Below are positions 45,223 to 55,170 of a stretch of DNA of 64,000 nucleotides, in pieces. Position numbers and translations under genes: made by a program. The notes under the pieces were generated by a model, which saw only the letters and a list, made by a program, of their open reading frames with translations, did not search any database and was not told the DNA's origin. Each line of letters opens with the position of its first letter. Position 1 is the stretch's first letter. The DNA is taken from the IMG/VR virus record IMGVR_UViG_3300051215_000059; one strand, 5' to 3'. The DNA is from a virus (lineage: Duplodnaviria > Heunggongvirae > Uroviricota > Caudoviricetes).

Positions 45223-46035
45223 ATGGAACACATTCGCCCGAATGGCCTTTCTCATGGATATTTCTGCTTGACTTGTGGTCAAGTATCATCTATGATGGGA
45301 CACAACAAGGGGGAATGTGTTCCAAATCCTTACCTTGTGAACGTTTTGATTGAACTCAACAAACCAAACCCAAGGAAACAAACGATGTTCAAAGTTGGTA
45401 TGAATGTGGAAGTAATCAGCGATATGGCAGAAGGATGGGGTCCGTCCGCTGGCACTATTTGCCAAGTGGTGAAAGTTCACCCAGACCAACATGTGTTTTG
45501 GATTACTCCGCTGAAAGCAAATGGAACACTTGGTAGTGGAATCTTCTGGACTACGCCAGAAGATGTGAAACTTTTGGAGACTGCAACTGCTATGACGACA
45601 CAAACTCTTGGCCAAAAACTGGCTGCTACCCTTGATGAACTTGAAAAAGCAAAAATTGAAGGGCTTGAAAAACAAGCAAGCGCGGATCGTGAAAAGATTC
45701 GCAAAGAACGGCTTTCGCTAACCCGTCTCAAAGATGATACGATTTCCACTCTGACTGCTTCTATTATTGATGGCAGAGTTCCATTGATCAAAATCAAGGA
45801 TTATGACCGCAGGAAATGGGTGCAGGAAGCTGTAAAAGGCAAGGCTGCACATCAAGACATCTGGAATGAACTCACTGCTTGGGCAAGGTCTAATGCTCTG
45901 CATATCAAAATTGAAGATGCACACGATGGCGTTGGTATTGAAAGCTGGATCAATCTCACAGTAGTGCCTGTAAGGCCGGGTTATCGTTCATTGAAAGAAA
46001 TGGAAGGACTGGGAGTAGGAGACTATCGCGGATGA
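45223..46035 (+). CDS. hypothetical protein
   Basis: 270 aa. Confidence 0.5.
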   Translation: MEHIRPNGLSHGYFCLTCGQVSSMMGHNKGECVPNPYLVNVLIELNKPNPRKQTMFKVGMNVEVISDMAEGWGPSAGTICQVVKVHPDQHVFWITPLKANGTLGSGIFWTTPEDVKLLETATAMTTQTLGQKLAATLDELEKAKIEGLEKQASADREKIRKERLSLTRLKDDTISTLTASIIDGRVPLIKIKDYDRRKWVQEAVKGKAAHQDIWNELTAWARSNALHIKIEDAHDGVGIESWINLTVVPVRPGYRSLKEMEGLGVGDYRG

Positions 46036-46271
46036 CCGAAGTAAATAGCTTGTCCGCACTCTTTGAACCTTGTAAATGTGAAGGCAAATACACGATTGAA
46101 AGGCATGGCAAAGGCTATGCCCTTTATCTTGGAAGGTGCAATCATCGTCATGGTTGGAATCTGATCAATATGGTTGAACCCGCTATGCAGTTTGATCCAA
46201 AGTTTATTGAAATGTTGATCAACTTGGGTCATGCCGAATACCAAAAGCAGCAAGGGTGGAAGCAAGAATGA
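46032..46271 (+). CDS. hypothetical protein
   Basis: 79 aa. Confidence 0.45.
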   Translation: MTEVNSLSALFEPCKCEGKYTIERHGKGYALYLGRCNHRHGWNLINMVEPAMQFDPKFIEMLINLGHAEYQKQQGWKQE

Positions 46272-46432
46272 AAGCATATACCGCATATAAAACTTGGTGG
46301 ATGCAACATCAAGCACCAAACCTTGTTCCCTCTTTATATTGGGGACAAACGGCAGAAGAAGCATTTCAACAGCATATTGCTGATATGGGGCTATATAAAC
46401 TTATGGAAACCTTAGTGGATTGGGACGAATGA
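46268..46432 (+). CDS. small hypothetical protein (54 aa)
   Basis: ATGA overlaps at both ends; below cutoff. Confidence 0.3.
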   Translation: MKAYTAYKTWWMQHQAPNLVPSLYWGQTAEEAFQQHIADMGLYKLMETLVDWDE

Positions 46433-46803
46433 AACTATATATCGCTGTTCTGGATGAGTTTCCAGACTATATGACGCCAACTCTTGTCGCTCATTCTATG
46501 CTTGGTGCTCATCTTTACTTCACTAAGTGTCATACTGACCTTGACCGTATTGTAGATGACGGGCCATACAAGTATCCGCAATATATTGACTGGCTTGAAA
46601 ACTCATTCAAGAAATGTGTAGTGAGAGTAAGCCAAAAAGAGTTTGACAAGATTGCCGCACTTCCAGATGTTTATCTTGGTCATGAAAAGAAAACTCTTGA
46701 CGGACGCGATAGTTGCGTGGTAGTATGTCCTTATCGTGATGATGAACCTTTGCCGAATGTGTTGAAGTTCGCCAAGTTATGGAAACCAAAAAGTGTCGAA
46801 TGA
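46429..46803 (+). CDS. hypothetical protein
   Basis: ATG 46429 in ORF-track frame 46420-46803. Confidence 0.45.
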   Translation: MKLYIAVLDEFPDYMTPTLVAHSMLGAHLYFTKCHTDLDRIVDDGPYKYPQYIDWLENSFKKCVVRVSQKEFDKIAALPDVYLGHEKKTLDGRDSCVVVCPYRDDEPLPNVLKFAKLWKPKSVE

Positions 46804-46937
46804 CCTACGCCGAATAAACACACAAATCAAAGATGCTATGAGACGTTTCATCACAACAGACGATGAAGCGTCTTTGCATAGTATCGTAGAGTTGGTAAAA
46901 GAACGGAGAAAGGTTATCATTCATCAAGGAAATTCAA

Positions 46938-47174
46938 ATGAAAACAAGTGATGTATTGATAAATCTTGAATATTGGGCTTCTTGTTTAGAAAACCCAACA
47001 TATAACTCACTTGAAGTTGGCTTTAGGCATTCTCCACTGACCAAGGATGAAATCATTCAACGGTATAAAGATGAATGTCACATGACCCGTCATGCGATTA
47101 TGCGTGTGATAGAAATCATTCAAGAAGAAGGAATAGAAGATGACAGCGAAAGAACGACAACAGTTGATTTATGA
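46938..47174 (+). CDS. hypothetical protein
   Basis: 78 aa. Confidence 0.4.
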   Translation: MKTSDVLINLEYWASCLENPTYNSLEVGFRHSPLTKDEIIQRYKDECHMTRHAIMRVIEIIQEEGIEDDSERTTTVDL

Positions 47175-47415
47175 CCTTGAAGGTGAGATTATGCTTGGTG
47201 CGTTTCATGGTTACAGAATGCCAGCATTGGAAGAAAGGCTTCTTGAACTTCTGAAAGAGAAAGAAAATGACAGTCAAAGAACTGATTGAAGAACTAAAAA
47301 AGTTTCCGCCAGAAACCGAAGTTTTCTATGAGGGCGGCGACTATGCAGACGATTGGCGTAAAGTTCATCGTCTGTCTGATCTGAACAACTGGGGGACACG
47401 GGGAGTTCTTATAGA

Positions 47416-47640
47416 ATGATACATCAAGTTATATTTCACTACAAAGACCATCGTAACCTTGTTGAGCCAAGTTCTCAGCAAGGAGAATGGAATTTGACAC
47501 AAGATGTAAAAAGTTGGTTGGCTACCAACAACATCAAAGTGTTTATGAAATACACAAACGGGGATTCTCCTACTATTACCATGGACTTTCCTTCTCAGGA
47601 TGACGCCAACTATTTTATTGATACGTGGGGAAAGAAATGA
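47416..47640 (+). CDS. hypothetical protein
   Basis: 74 aa. Confidence 0.4.
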   Translation: MIHQVIFHYKDHRNLVEPSSQQGEWNLTQDVKSWLATNNIKVFMKYTNGDSPTITMDFPSQDDANYFIDTWGKK

Positions 47641-47716
47641 AACTGATTTGTCCAAACAACTTTGAACATCGTGGAAGTAGCTGCGGCCCCAAATGCACTT
47701 GCTTTCAGAAGAAAAA

Positions 47717-47905
47717 ATGACTTATTCCAACCAGCACAATCTTGTGCGTTGCAAGTGTTGCGATGCACTTTATGATAAAACTGTTCGTTGGGCAAGAGGC
47801 TCTTATGTAGGAACGTCAAATGCCTTTCTTACTTCATTCAATGTAAGAGAAAACCATTGCCCTGTTTGTGGAGAAGAAAATGAGCCAAGCACATCCAAGC
47901 CATGA
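47717..47905 (+). CDS. small zinc-ribbon protein
   Basis: CKCC...CPVCG motif. Confidence 0.4.
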   Translation: MTYSNQHNLVRCKCCDALYDKTVRWARGSYVGTSNAFLTSFNVRENHCPVCGEENEPSTSKP

Positions 47906-48179
47906 TTTAGAATGGCGTGATAGTTCACACTACGATTATGTATGTAAAAAGTGTGATACCGCCGATACACCAAGTGGATGGGGCAAACTTGCCGATCCTT
48001 GTCCTGCGGTTTATCATGCACTTGAAACTCCAATCGGAACCAATCCGTTGCCAATAGATGCACAAGAAAAACTGGCAGAGTTTCTTGACTGGCTGGATGT
48101 GCATTATGAGACTGAAAACGGTTCAACTGCGTTGTTCTGGGCAGTTTCATACTTGATTGGAGGGAGTATCAAGAAATGA
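47880..48179 (+). CDS. hypothetical protein
   Basis: GGAGAAGAAA RBS then ATG 47880. Confidence 0.45.
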   Translation: MSQAHPSHDLEWRDSSHYDYVCKKCDTADTPSGWGKLADPCPAVYHALETPIGTNPLPIDAQEKLAEFLDWLDVHYETENGSTALFWAVSYLIGGSIKK

Positions 48180-48457
48180 TGACAGAAGATAAAAAGCGCC
48201 GACTTATCGAGCTTGGATATGTAAAGGGTCGCATCCTTCGTAATGGCAAAGCGGTTATTGATAAGCCAAAAGGAATCCAGCATTGGTATTCTACTCGCGA
48301 ACTAAAAAACAAAGTTGAAGAAAGACTTGAAATCTTTCCTGATGGTATGCGAATCAACGGGGAACATCTTCTTCAAATCAGGGGAAAGCATATGCGCCGC
48401 CTGAAAAAGAAAATGAAGATCAAACAAGTAGGCAGATATATTGTGAGGACTAAATGA
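48176..48457 (+). CDS. hypothetical basic protein
   Basis: 93 aa. Confidence 0.45.
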   Translation: MMTEDKKRRLIELGYVKGRILRNGKAVIDKPKGIQHWYSTRELKNKVEERLEIFPDGMRINGEHLLQIRGKHMRRLKKKMKIKQVGRYIVRTK

Positions 48458-48894
48458 TGTATGTAGAAAATCCTATCCGTGAGTTACACGATGCGTTGGC
48501 ACATGCTCAATATGAAGGGTTCAGTGACATTGAGTATGAACAGCGTGACATTGAAGCTATTCGCAAGGCTAAAACTTCGGAAGAACGTGCTGCTGCAATG
48601 CATGCAACCACTCCTGCGGTAAGACGCCCAACTACTCGTGACTTTTGGGTTTACGCAATGTTTCCTCAAACTTGGGGTAGCACCGCCCTTGGTCATGGTG
48701 GAATGGGTGGTGCGGCTATGACAACTGCTTATACTATTGTGTTGGAGTGCTACGCATTACAAGAGTATCTTGTTTACTTTGGTGGAACATTGTGCTATAA
48801 AGTAAGTCGCACAAGCGAAAACATTGAAGCGTTCTTTGAGGATTGTAAAAACCATAGACTGGTAAGTAAGCGAGAAAGCACAAAATACGAATGA
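48454..48894 (+). CDS. hypothetical protein
   Basis: 146 aa. Confidence 0.5.
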   Translation: MMYVENPIRELHDALAHAQYEGFSDIEYEQRDIEAIRKAKTSEERAAAMHATTPAVRRPTTRDFWVYAMFPQTWGSTALGHGGMGGAAMTTAYTIVLECYALQEYLVYFGGTLCYKVSRTSENIEAFFEDCKNHRLVSKRESTKYE

Positions 48895-49466
48895 AAATAA
48901 ACTGGCATCAAAATCCACTGTGGACAACGGTTGACGTTGATGAACGGGATCGTCAACGTATTTGTATGTATCTTCAAAATGAGGATTATGTTGAAATTCT
49001 ATGCGATCTTCAGCTAACGTTGGAAGAAACTATCAACCAAAAGTCACCTTCACTGTCTAACGCTGATATTCTAAAACGTGCCTCAAAGTGGCAACGAATA
49101 TGTGATATGGATGAAAACGATTCTCGAGTCAATGCGCTGGTGAGTGAACTTCAATATTCTCATATGGGCGATTGCACTTGTGTTGCTGCGTCATGTATGA
49201 AGTGTTGGGCGGAAACTGCCCTTGGTATTTCAACCCTTGAAGGTCTTGGCAAGCATGAAGCTGCCAATATTGCAGGAGTGTTTGGTTCAAATGGCAATGT
49301 AACTATTGATGAAGCCATTCAAAAACTTTCAGCGCCATACTCATATGTGAAGCCAATGACTTGGCCAGACTCAGTTGGGTATGAAGAACATATTCCTCGT
49401 TGGGATAGAGAACGAGTAAGAGCAGTAAACTGGCTTACAGAATACAAAAAGGAACATGGATTTTGA
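48891..49466 (+). CDS. hypothetical protein
   Basis: 191 aa. Confidence 0.5.
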   Translation: MKINWHQNPLWTTVDVDERDRQRICMYLQNEDYVEILCDLQLTLEETINQKSPSLSNADILKRASKWQRICDMDENDSRVNALVSELQYSHMGDCTCVAASCMKCWAETALGISTLEGLGKHEAANIAGVFGSNGNVTIDEAIQKLSAPYSYVKPMTWPDSVGYEEHIPRWDRERVRAVNWLTEYKKEHGF

Positions 49467-49717
49467 CATATAAGCCAGTAGTAAATGGCAGAGCAAGTAT
49501 ATGCACTTGGGAACTTGAGTTTCATTTTCGTGATGTGTCACAAGTTCGCAAATTTATCAAGTTGCTAATGGATGACGAGATAGATTTCAACTTTGAATAT
49601 GAGAAAGTGCTTGAAGAAACTTGCGAATTGCACTATATTACAATCTCTGGCTCATGGGCAAACAACTTGGCCAGAATTTCCGAAATGCTAAAAGAAGTGG
49701 ATTATCAGTATGAGTGA
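49463..49717 (+). CDS. hypothetical protein
   Basis: 84 aa. Confidence 0.45.
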   Translation: MTYKPVVNGRASICTWELEFHFRDVSQVRKFIKLLMDDEIDFNFEYEKVLEETCELHYITISGSWANNLARISEMLKEVDYQYE

Positions 49718-50102
49718 GTTAGACCCTAACACTGCCAAGGTATTATTACCTATCATCAGACGAGTTATGCCAAATATCATCGCCAATGATATTATTGGCG
49801 TTCAACCAATGTCGTCAGAAGATTATATTGGTTCAATGATTTATGAAAAGGGGTCTGTTATTATGCAGAAAGTTCATTATCAGCATTTTGTTCGGTTGCC
49901 AAACCGTCAGAAGTTTCACAAGTTTTCTGAAATTGTTGACAAATACAAGTATACCAAAGTCAAGGTAACGTCATTACAAGCAAAAGCAGCAATGCAGTGG
50001 TGTGAACAAAATCTAAAACCAGGCGCATACATTCGTCTTCAAAATCATTTTGTATTTGCATATGAAGCCGATGCCGTATGGTTTGGTATGGTAAACGGAT
50101 AA
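49710..50102 (+). CDS. hypothetical protein
   Basis: 130 aa. Confidence 0.5.
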   Translation: MSELDPNTAKVLLPIIRRVMPNIIANDIIGVQPMSSEDYIGSMIYEKGSVIMQKVHYQHFVRLPNRQKFHKFSEIVDKYKYTKVKVTSLQAKAAMQWCEQNLKPGAYIRLQNHFVFAYEADAVWFGMVNG

Positions 50103-50103
50103 G

Positions 50104-50397
50104 ATGAAAAGTTTAGCAGATGCATTTCGTGACCGTGCAGAGTATTTGAAAAAACATGATGATAGAGAAAGTCGTTGGGGTGACAATGCGAGTGTTGTTT
50201 CAGCCCTATATGAAATGGCAGATGTGATAGACAGTTGGTCTGGCGAATATCTCAGTAAAGAAGAAACATACGAAGAAAATCAAAGAAGGCGATGGGGAAG
50301 TCCACATTGGAGTGTAGACCCACAACCGCCGATGACGATGGAAGATAGAATAAAAGCTGTAAAAAAACCTAATAAAGTCCTTGACTTAGGCGAATGA
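50104..50397 (+). CDS. hypothetical protein
   Basis: 97 aa. Confidence 0.45.
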   Translation: MKSLADAFRDRAEYLKKHDDRESRWGDNASVVSALYEMADVIDSWSGEYLSKEETYEENQRRRWGSPHWSVDPQPPMTMEDRIKAVKKPNKVLDLGE

Positions 50398-50431
50398 TTA
50401 TAGTAGTATATTTGAACTAAGGAAAAGAGAC

Positions 50432-51073
50432 ATGAGTGATTACACAGACGATTACATTGACCATATGGTTGATGGTTGGTTTGATCAACCATATAACAAA
50501 AACACGAAGCAGAAGAAAAAAGGAAACAGTATGAAACTTGTAGTAGGCGACAGAGTTCGCCTTGGGTTTGGAACACGACCACTTATAGTTGAAAGTGTGT
50601 ATGGTAACGATAAGGTTTCTGCCCGCTATGAGCATAGTGGTGGGATGATTTCTTATCGTCATATGAGTGAGTTTGTGAAGATTGACGGAAACAATGAGCA
50701 GAAAGGCAACACAATGAAGGGTAAACTATTTCAAACAAAAGAACAGGCTCCACGGTTTGGCGTTGGTCTTGCGATCAACAGCACTGGGAAGTATGTTCTT
50801 GAAATGAAGGGTTCTGGCGACCTTGAAGCGTTTGACAAGCGGGATATTGAAGTGGTTATGCCATTCACCTTCTCTGTCAAATTCAATGGCCAAGGAACCG
50901 AATATGCGTATCTTGGCAAAGAGGGTTCAGTTGCAGTTGGCGATTTGCTGCTAAAAACTGATGAAACCAAAGGCATCACAATTGCAAAAGTCACGGCAGT
51001 TGATACCAAGAGCGAAAAAGCTACGAAGTATTTTGAAGGCGTAAAACTAGCAACTACGCCACTTGACCAGTAA
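50432..51073 (+). CDS. hypothetical protein
   Basis: 213 aa; RBS AAGGAAAAGAGAC. Confidence 0.5.
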   Translation: MSDYTDDYIDHMVDGWFDQPYNKNTKQKKKGNSMKLVVGDRVRLGFGTRPLIVESVYGNDKVSARYEHSGGMISYRHMSEFVKIDGNNEQKGNTMKGKLFQTKEQAPRFGVGLAINSTGKYVLEMKGSGDLEAFDKRDIEVVMPFTFSVKFNGQGTEYAYLGKEGSVAVGDLLLKTDETKGITIAKVTAVDTKSEKATKYFEGVKLATTPLDQ

Positions 51074-51277
51074 GGTTGGCCAAACGGCCAACCTAATCCA
51101 CGTAACTCTAACAAAAAACTTTGGTGCAATGGAGAAAACAATGCCAAATTCTGACAGCCTAAAAAAGATGCTAGAACAAGATATTGATTGGATGTGGGAC
51201 GAAGGGTTTTATACCCTTGCGAATCGTCTGGATCGTGTGCTACAATACATCGAAATCTTAGAGAAAAAGGCGAAAGA

Positions 51278-51619
51278 ATGAACGACATTCGTGGAGTGTT
51301 TGATATCCCAAACGATATTTTCAACAACTACATGGTAGAAGCGTTGGAACTATATCTGTTTCATGGTATCGAACCGGGTGGATATACTACCGCATTGCTG
51401 GCTGGAAATCTGTATCTTGCTTCTGCACGAGCAGACCACTTCAATGCACCCATGATGTCTCGTCAGGCAAAGTGGATTTATCTTGAATTTCCAAATGGTA
51501 GTTTTGGCAATGAGGATAACTTCAAGAATTGGTGCAAAGACACCAATGGCATCCGCTCATCTTGGGTGGAAAAACAGAAGACCGCTCACATGTGGAAAAT
51601 TCTACAGGGCGTTGCATAA
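51278..51619 (+). CDS. hypothetical protein
   Basis: ATG 51278 in ORF-track frame. Confidence 0.45.
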   Translation: MNDIRGVFDIPNDIFNNYMVEALELYLFHGIEPGGYTTALLAGNLYLASARADHFNAPMMSRQAKWIYLEFPNGSFGNEDNFKNWCKDTNGIRSSWVEKQKTAHMWKILQGVA

Positions 51620-51639
51620 CCTATTATTTGGAGATAAAA

Positions 51640-51945
51640 ATGAAATACCTACTGTTGACTGCGATGCTGCTTGTGGCTCCATTAGCCGCTTCTGCACAAC
51701 AACTATCAGACGAACAACGTGATGCTCTGTGTATGAATATGGGAAAGCTGACGGGCGCAACGGCATCAATGCGCGACCAAGGACAAACTGCATCTGCTGT
51801 ATATGCCGCAATGATAGCAAATGGGTTAGATCAGCAAATTGCACATATGATTGTAAAGATGGTATACGATGACATGCCAACTGCATCACCAGAAACAGTT
51901 GCTGGCGTGTCCTATCTTGGATGCATGGAAGCAACAAAACAATGA
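51640..51945 (+). CDS. small secreted protein
   Basis: GGAGATAAAA RBS; signal peptide MKYLLLTAMLLVAPLAASAQQ. Confidence 0.55.
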   Translation: MKYLLLTAMLLVAPLAASAQQLSDEQRDALCMNMGKLTGATASMRDQGQTASAVYAAMIANGLDQQIAHMIVKMVYDDMPTASPETVAGVSYLGCMEATKQ

Positions 51946-52154
51946 TGGCAAAATTTATTATCTCACCTTGTGGCAATGTTGCAAGGTGGGATTCTGAATC
52001 AGATATTGGGTATCGTTGCACTACTTGTTTTGCTATGGTTGGCAGTATTGGCCAACCAAAACAATGCCAAGAAAAAGCAGAAATGTATAAAATGATGGAA
52101 ATCCTTGGTGGACAAGGATGGGATTACGAAAACGGAAAGGTCAAAGAAGCATGA
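51942..52154 (+). CDS. hypothetical Cys-rich protein
   Basis: ATGA overlap. Confidence 0.4.
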   Translation: MMAKFIISPCGNVARWDSESDIGYRCTTCFAMVGSIGQPKQCQEKAEMYKMMEILGGQGWDYENGKVKEA

Positions 52155-52507
52155 CACCAGAGACACCAGCATCGGGTATTCTAAAACAAGGGGACTTTGG
52201 AGATTCTAAGTTCTACTATGTTCAATGTGATTGCAGTAATGAAGATTGCGCTCATACGATTGAAGTAGAAGCGGATGATATGTTCGTTCAAGTTCACCTA
52301 TATCATAAGCAGCATACCAAATGGTGGAAGTCTAATCGGTGGAAGCAAATCTGGCAAATCCTTACAAAAGGATATGCAGACATGGAGACTACTATTGTCC
52401 TAACTGAACAAACCGCACTGAACTACTCTGCGGTATTGAAATCTGCGATAGATGATGTAAAAGAGTTTCGTAATCAAAGGATGAAAAAAGATGGCGTTTC
52501 GAAATAA
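52151..52507 (+). CDS. hypothetical protein
   Basis: ATGA overlap. Confidence 0.45.
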   Translation: MTPETPASGILKQGDFGDSKFYYVQCDCSNEDCAHTIEVEADDMFVQVHLYHKQHTKWWKSNRWKQIWQILTKGYADMETTIVLTEQTALNYSAVLKSAIDDVKEFRNQRMKKDGVSK

Positions 52508-53312
52508 CTATTGGTCTTGTAGTAAGTTTGCTGATTGGCTACGCGGAACTGAAAAACCATATGCTGCATCTGGCTCTGGCTGGAAGCAGTGGAAGAATGA
52601 AGCCAAGCAGAAACATTCTTTCCGTTATTGGCTGGCAGAAGAAGGTCTTGACAAAATTCAAAACTTTGTCAACTGGCCTGTTGACCGACTGTATGATATG
52701 AAATATTATGTTGTCAACCGCTGGATTGACCAAAGCAATGCCTTGGTTGCACATCCAAAACATATCAAGCCTGGTCAGTATCAAGACTTTGACAGTCGTA
52801 TTCTTATTTGTCTTTTTGATGAACTTGTTGACTTTGTAGAGATTGAAAAGGCATACTGCAACTATCGTTGGTGTGAAGAAAAACAAAAAGGTATGAAGTG
52901 GTGGCAAGTTGGCCGTTGGCGCACTCGCACTTGGCGAAGTGCCGAAGCTGGTATTGGTCATCTAAAATGGGAAATGGACCTCACCGACGAAGAATGGCTT
53001 GATGAAGATAAAAAAGATCAAGCACAACCAACCGCACAGTCTATTGCTGCAAAAGAAATCTACGACCTTTATATGTGGTGGACAGAGGTTTATCCTAACC
53101 GTCCAGACCCATACGATGTGAGCGGTTGGAGCGAATACTGCGAAAACAAACGTGGACGCGGTGTTGATTTTCTTGAAGATGACCCAGACGAAGAAAAGTG
53201 GAACACTCGTGCAATGCATGACAAAATCCGCGAAATGGAAAAAGCATACGAAGAAGAAGATACCGAAATGCTTATTCGCCTAATCAAAGTTAGAGCAAGT
53301 CTGTGGACGTAA
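52491..53312 (+). CDS. hypothetical Trp-rich protein
   Basis: 273 aa. Confidence 0.5.
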   Translation: MAFRNNYWSCSKFADWLRGTEKPYAASGSGWKQWKNEAKQKHSFRYWLAEEGLDKIQNFVNWPVDRLYDMKYYVVNRWIDQSNALVAHPKHIKPGQYQDFDSRILICLFDELVDFVEIEKAYCNYRWCEEKQKGMKWWQVGRWRTRTWRSAEAGIGHLKWEMDLTDEEWLDEDKKDQAQPTAQSIAAKEIYDLYMWWTEVYPNRPDPYDVSGWSEYCENKRGRGVDFLEDDPDEEKWNTRAMHDKIREMEKAYEEEDTEMLIRLIKVRASLWT

Positions 53313-53447
53313 AAGCAAAACCAACTGACGACCAAATCAAAGAGTTCATTGAAATGTTTGGGAGTAAAATCCCAAACCCTCAACAATACCCAAAGTGTTT
53401 TGAGCACTATTGGAAAATGTATCTACTTTCAAAAAGAGAGGAATGAA

Positions 53448-53651
53448 ATGCAAAAAGTTCTAATGGTCGATCCGCCAGAAGGTTGGAAGTATGGATTTCC
53501 AAAACAGATGCATGACGAATATTTTCTGTTGGGAGAAGATTTTGATTTTGAGCGTTGGTTGGTTTCAGAAGGCTATCCGCAATCAATCATAGATAGTTTT
53601 CCGAACAAAGAAATTTTTTGTCGTTGTTGGTGGGCTGAGATAGAAGAATGA
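53448..53651 (+). CDS. hypothetical protein
   Basis: AGAGAGGAATGAA RBS then ATG 53448. Confidence 0.4.
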   Translation: MQKVLMVDPPEGWKYGFPKQMHDEYFLLGEDFDFERWLVSEGYPQSIIDSFPNKEIFCRCWWAEIEE

Positions 53652-54367
53652 TACTAGTTATCGGATGTGGATTTGTTGGCGAAACTGTTGCGACAAGCCT
53701 AGAAAGAAATGGTTATGTTGTAGGTCGGGTTGACCCAAAACTGGAAACTGACCTTTCCAGTTTTTCCAACTATCAATCAGCAATTATATGTTTGCCAACT
53801 CCAACTGTAGATGGAAAATGTGATGATTCACTAATACGGTTCATCATTGGGAAACTCGGTGATATTCCCATACTGTTGAAAAGCACAGTTCCGCCTGACC
53901 TCATTGCACTATATCCAGATAATGTAAGTTATTATCCAGAATTTTTACGGGCGGCTCATGCGTATGAAGATTTCAAGAACCAAAAAGTTATGGTTATTGG
54001 CGGCGACCATGCGCAATTGTTTTATTGGAAACACGTGTTTTCATACATTGAAGCCAATGTCATGGAAACCGACAGACATACTGCAAGCATGGTAAAGTAT
54101 ATGCACAACGTGTGGCTTGCAACAAAGGTTGCGTTCTTTCACGAGATATACTCTCTCGTTCCAGAAGCTAATTTTTACTCTATGGTGAATATTCTTGCAC
54201 AATTTCCAAATATGGGTCCAAGTCACATGATGGCACCAAATGATGAGGGCGGGCTAGGGTTCGGTGGATATTGCTTTCCAAAAGATACAGAGGCGTTTTT
54301 GAAGTTCAGCAACAGTGAAATTCTTCGTAAGGTCATTGAAGTGAACGATAAACTAAGAAAGTTATAA
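53648..54367 (+). CDS. UDP-glucose/GDP-mannose dehydrogenase family protein, truncated (N-terminal NAD-binding plus central domain only)
   Basis: Rossmann VIGCGFVGETVA; central KYMHNVWLATKVAFFHEI; catalytic-Cys motif GFGGYCFPKDTEAF; lacks C-terminal UDP-sugar-binding domain. Confidence 0.55.
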   Translation: MILVIGCGFVGETVATSLERNGYVVGRVDPKLETDLSSFSNYQSAIICLPTPTVDGKCDDSLIRFIIGKLGDIPILLKSTVPPDLIALYPDNVSYYPEFLRAAHAYEDFKNQKVMVIGGDHAQLFYWKHVFSYIEANVMETDRHTASMVKYMHNVWLATKVAFFHEIYSLVPEANFYSMVNILAQFPNMGPSHMMAPNDEGGLGFGGYCFPKDTEAFLKFSNSEILRKVIEVNDKLRKL

Positions 54368-54774
54368 TGTTACTTGGGACAAATCTTACATACTGCATCA
54401 GTGATATTCTACTGAAAAAAGTTGATTTGAACGATGTTTACTGTATCATTGCACATGACGTAAACATAAGAAGCATGGATTCATTCACTCATTGGTATGA
54501 TACCCAAGTAGACCCTATGGTAATAAACCTATCAAACGGTAAAAACGTTTTTCATCTATTTGATTTTGAAGAAGTTTACCATTTGTGCTTGACATTGTAT
54601 CAGGATGGTGCTATAGTAATTCGCGATACTGGTAATCCAGTCAACTTACTCGTGAGAGCAAAACAAGCTGCACGGAGTCATTGGTATCAAATAAATTTAC
54701 GAGAACAAGACATGGAGCCAGCAGTCAAGTTGGCTTGGGACCACTACCAAATGTTAGCAGGGTTATGCAAATGA
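54367..54774 (+). CDS. hypothetical protein, paralogue of next gene
   Basis: C-terminal AVKLAWDHYQMLAGLCK shared with next ORF. Confidence 0.5.
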   Translation: MLLGTNLTYCISDILLKKVDLNDVYCIIAHDVNIRSMDSFTHWYDTQVDPMVINLSNGKNVFHLFDFEEVYHLCLTLYQDGAIVIRDTGNPVNLLVRAKQAARSHWYQINLREQDMEPAVKLAWDHYQMLAGLCK

Positions 54775-55160
54775 AAGTTGGATTGAGTTTTAGTCGTTGC
54801 CTTCGCGACATTTTTGAAGGAAAAGTTGACTATCATGATGTGTTGGTGATTGTCGCCAGAACAGATGTTGATCCAAACATTGACTCAGAATGGAATCAGA
54901 TTTGGGAAGGCTATACCCGTGGTGGATGGTCAAATCCAGAATGGTCCGCACATATTGACAATTATGATGAGTTTAGAAAGCTGGCAGTCAAGCTATACAG
55001 TGGTGGAAAAATACATCAACCACGTAAATTTGGAACACATCCACTTCGGTTGAATTATTACTGGCTTGATTGTGCTGTTCCTGTTGATGAACTTGAAAAC
55101 GTTCCCGCAGTAAAAGAAGCATGGGAACATTACCAAATGCTTGCTGGACTATGTAGCTAA
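54771..55160 (+). CDS. hypothetical protein, paralogue of previous gene
   Basis: ATGA overlap; C-terminal AVKEAWEHYQMLAGLCS. Confidence 0.5.
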   Translation: MKVGLSFSRCLRDIFEGKVDYHDVLVIVARTDVDPNIDSEWNQIWEGYTRGGWSNPEWSAHIDNYDEFRKLAVKLYSGGKIHQPRKFGTHPLRLNYYWLDCAVPVDELENVPAVKEAWEHYQMLAGLCS

Positions 55161-55170
55161 GGAAAAGAAA

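Noticed and set aside
50731-51327. 198-aa minus-strand ORF
   Set aside because: Overlaps three + strand ORFs in a co-directional train; S/P/L-rich low-complexity translation.
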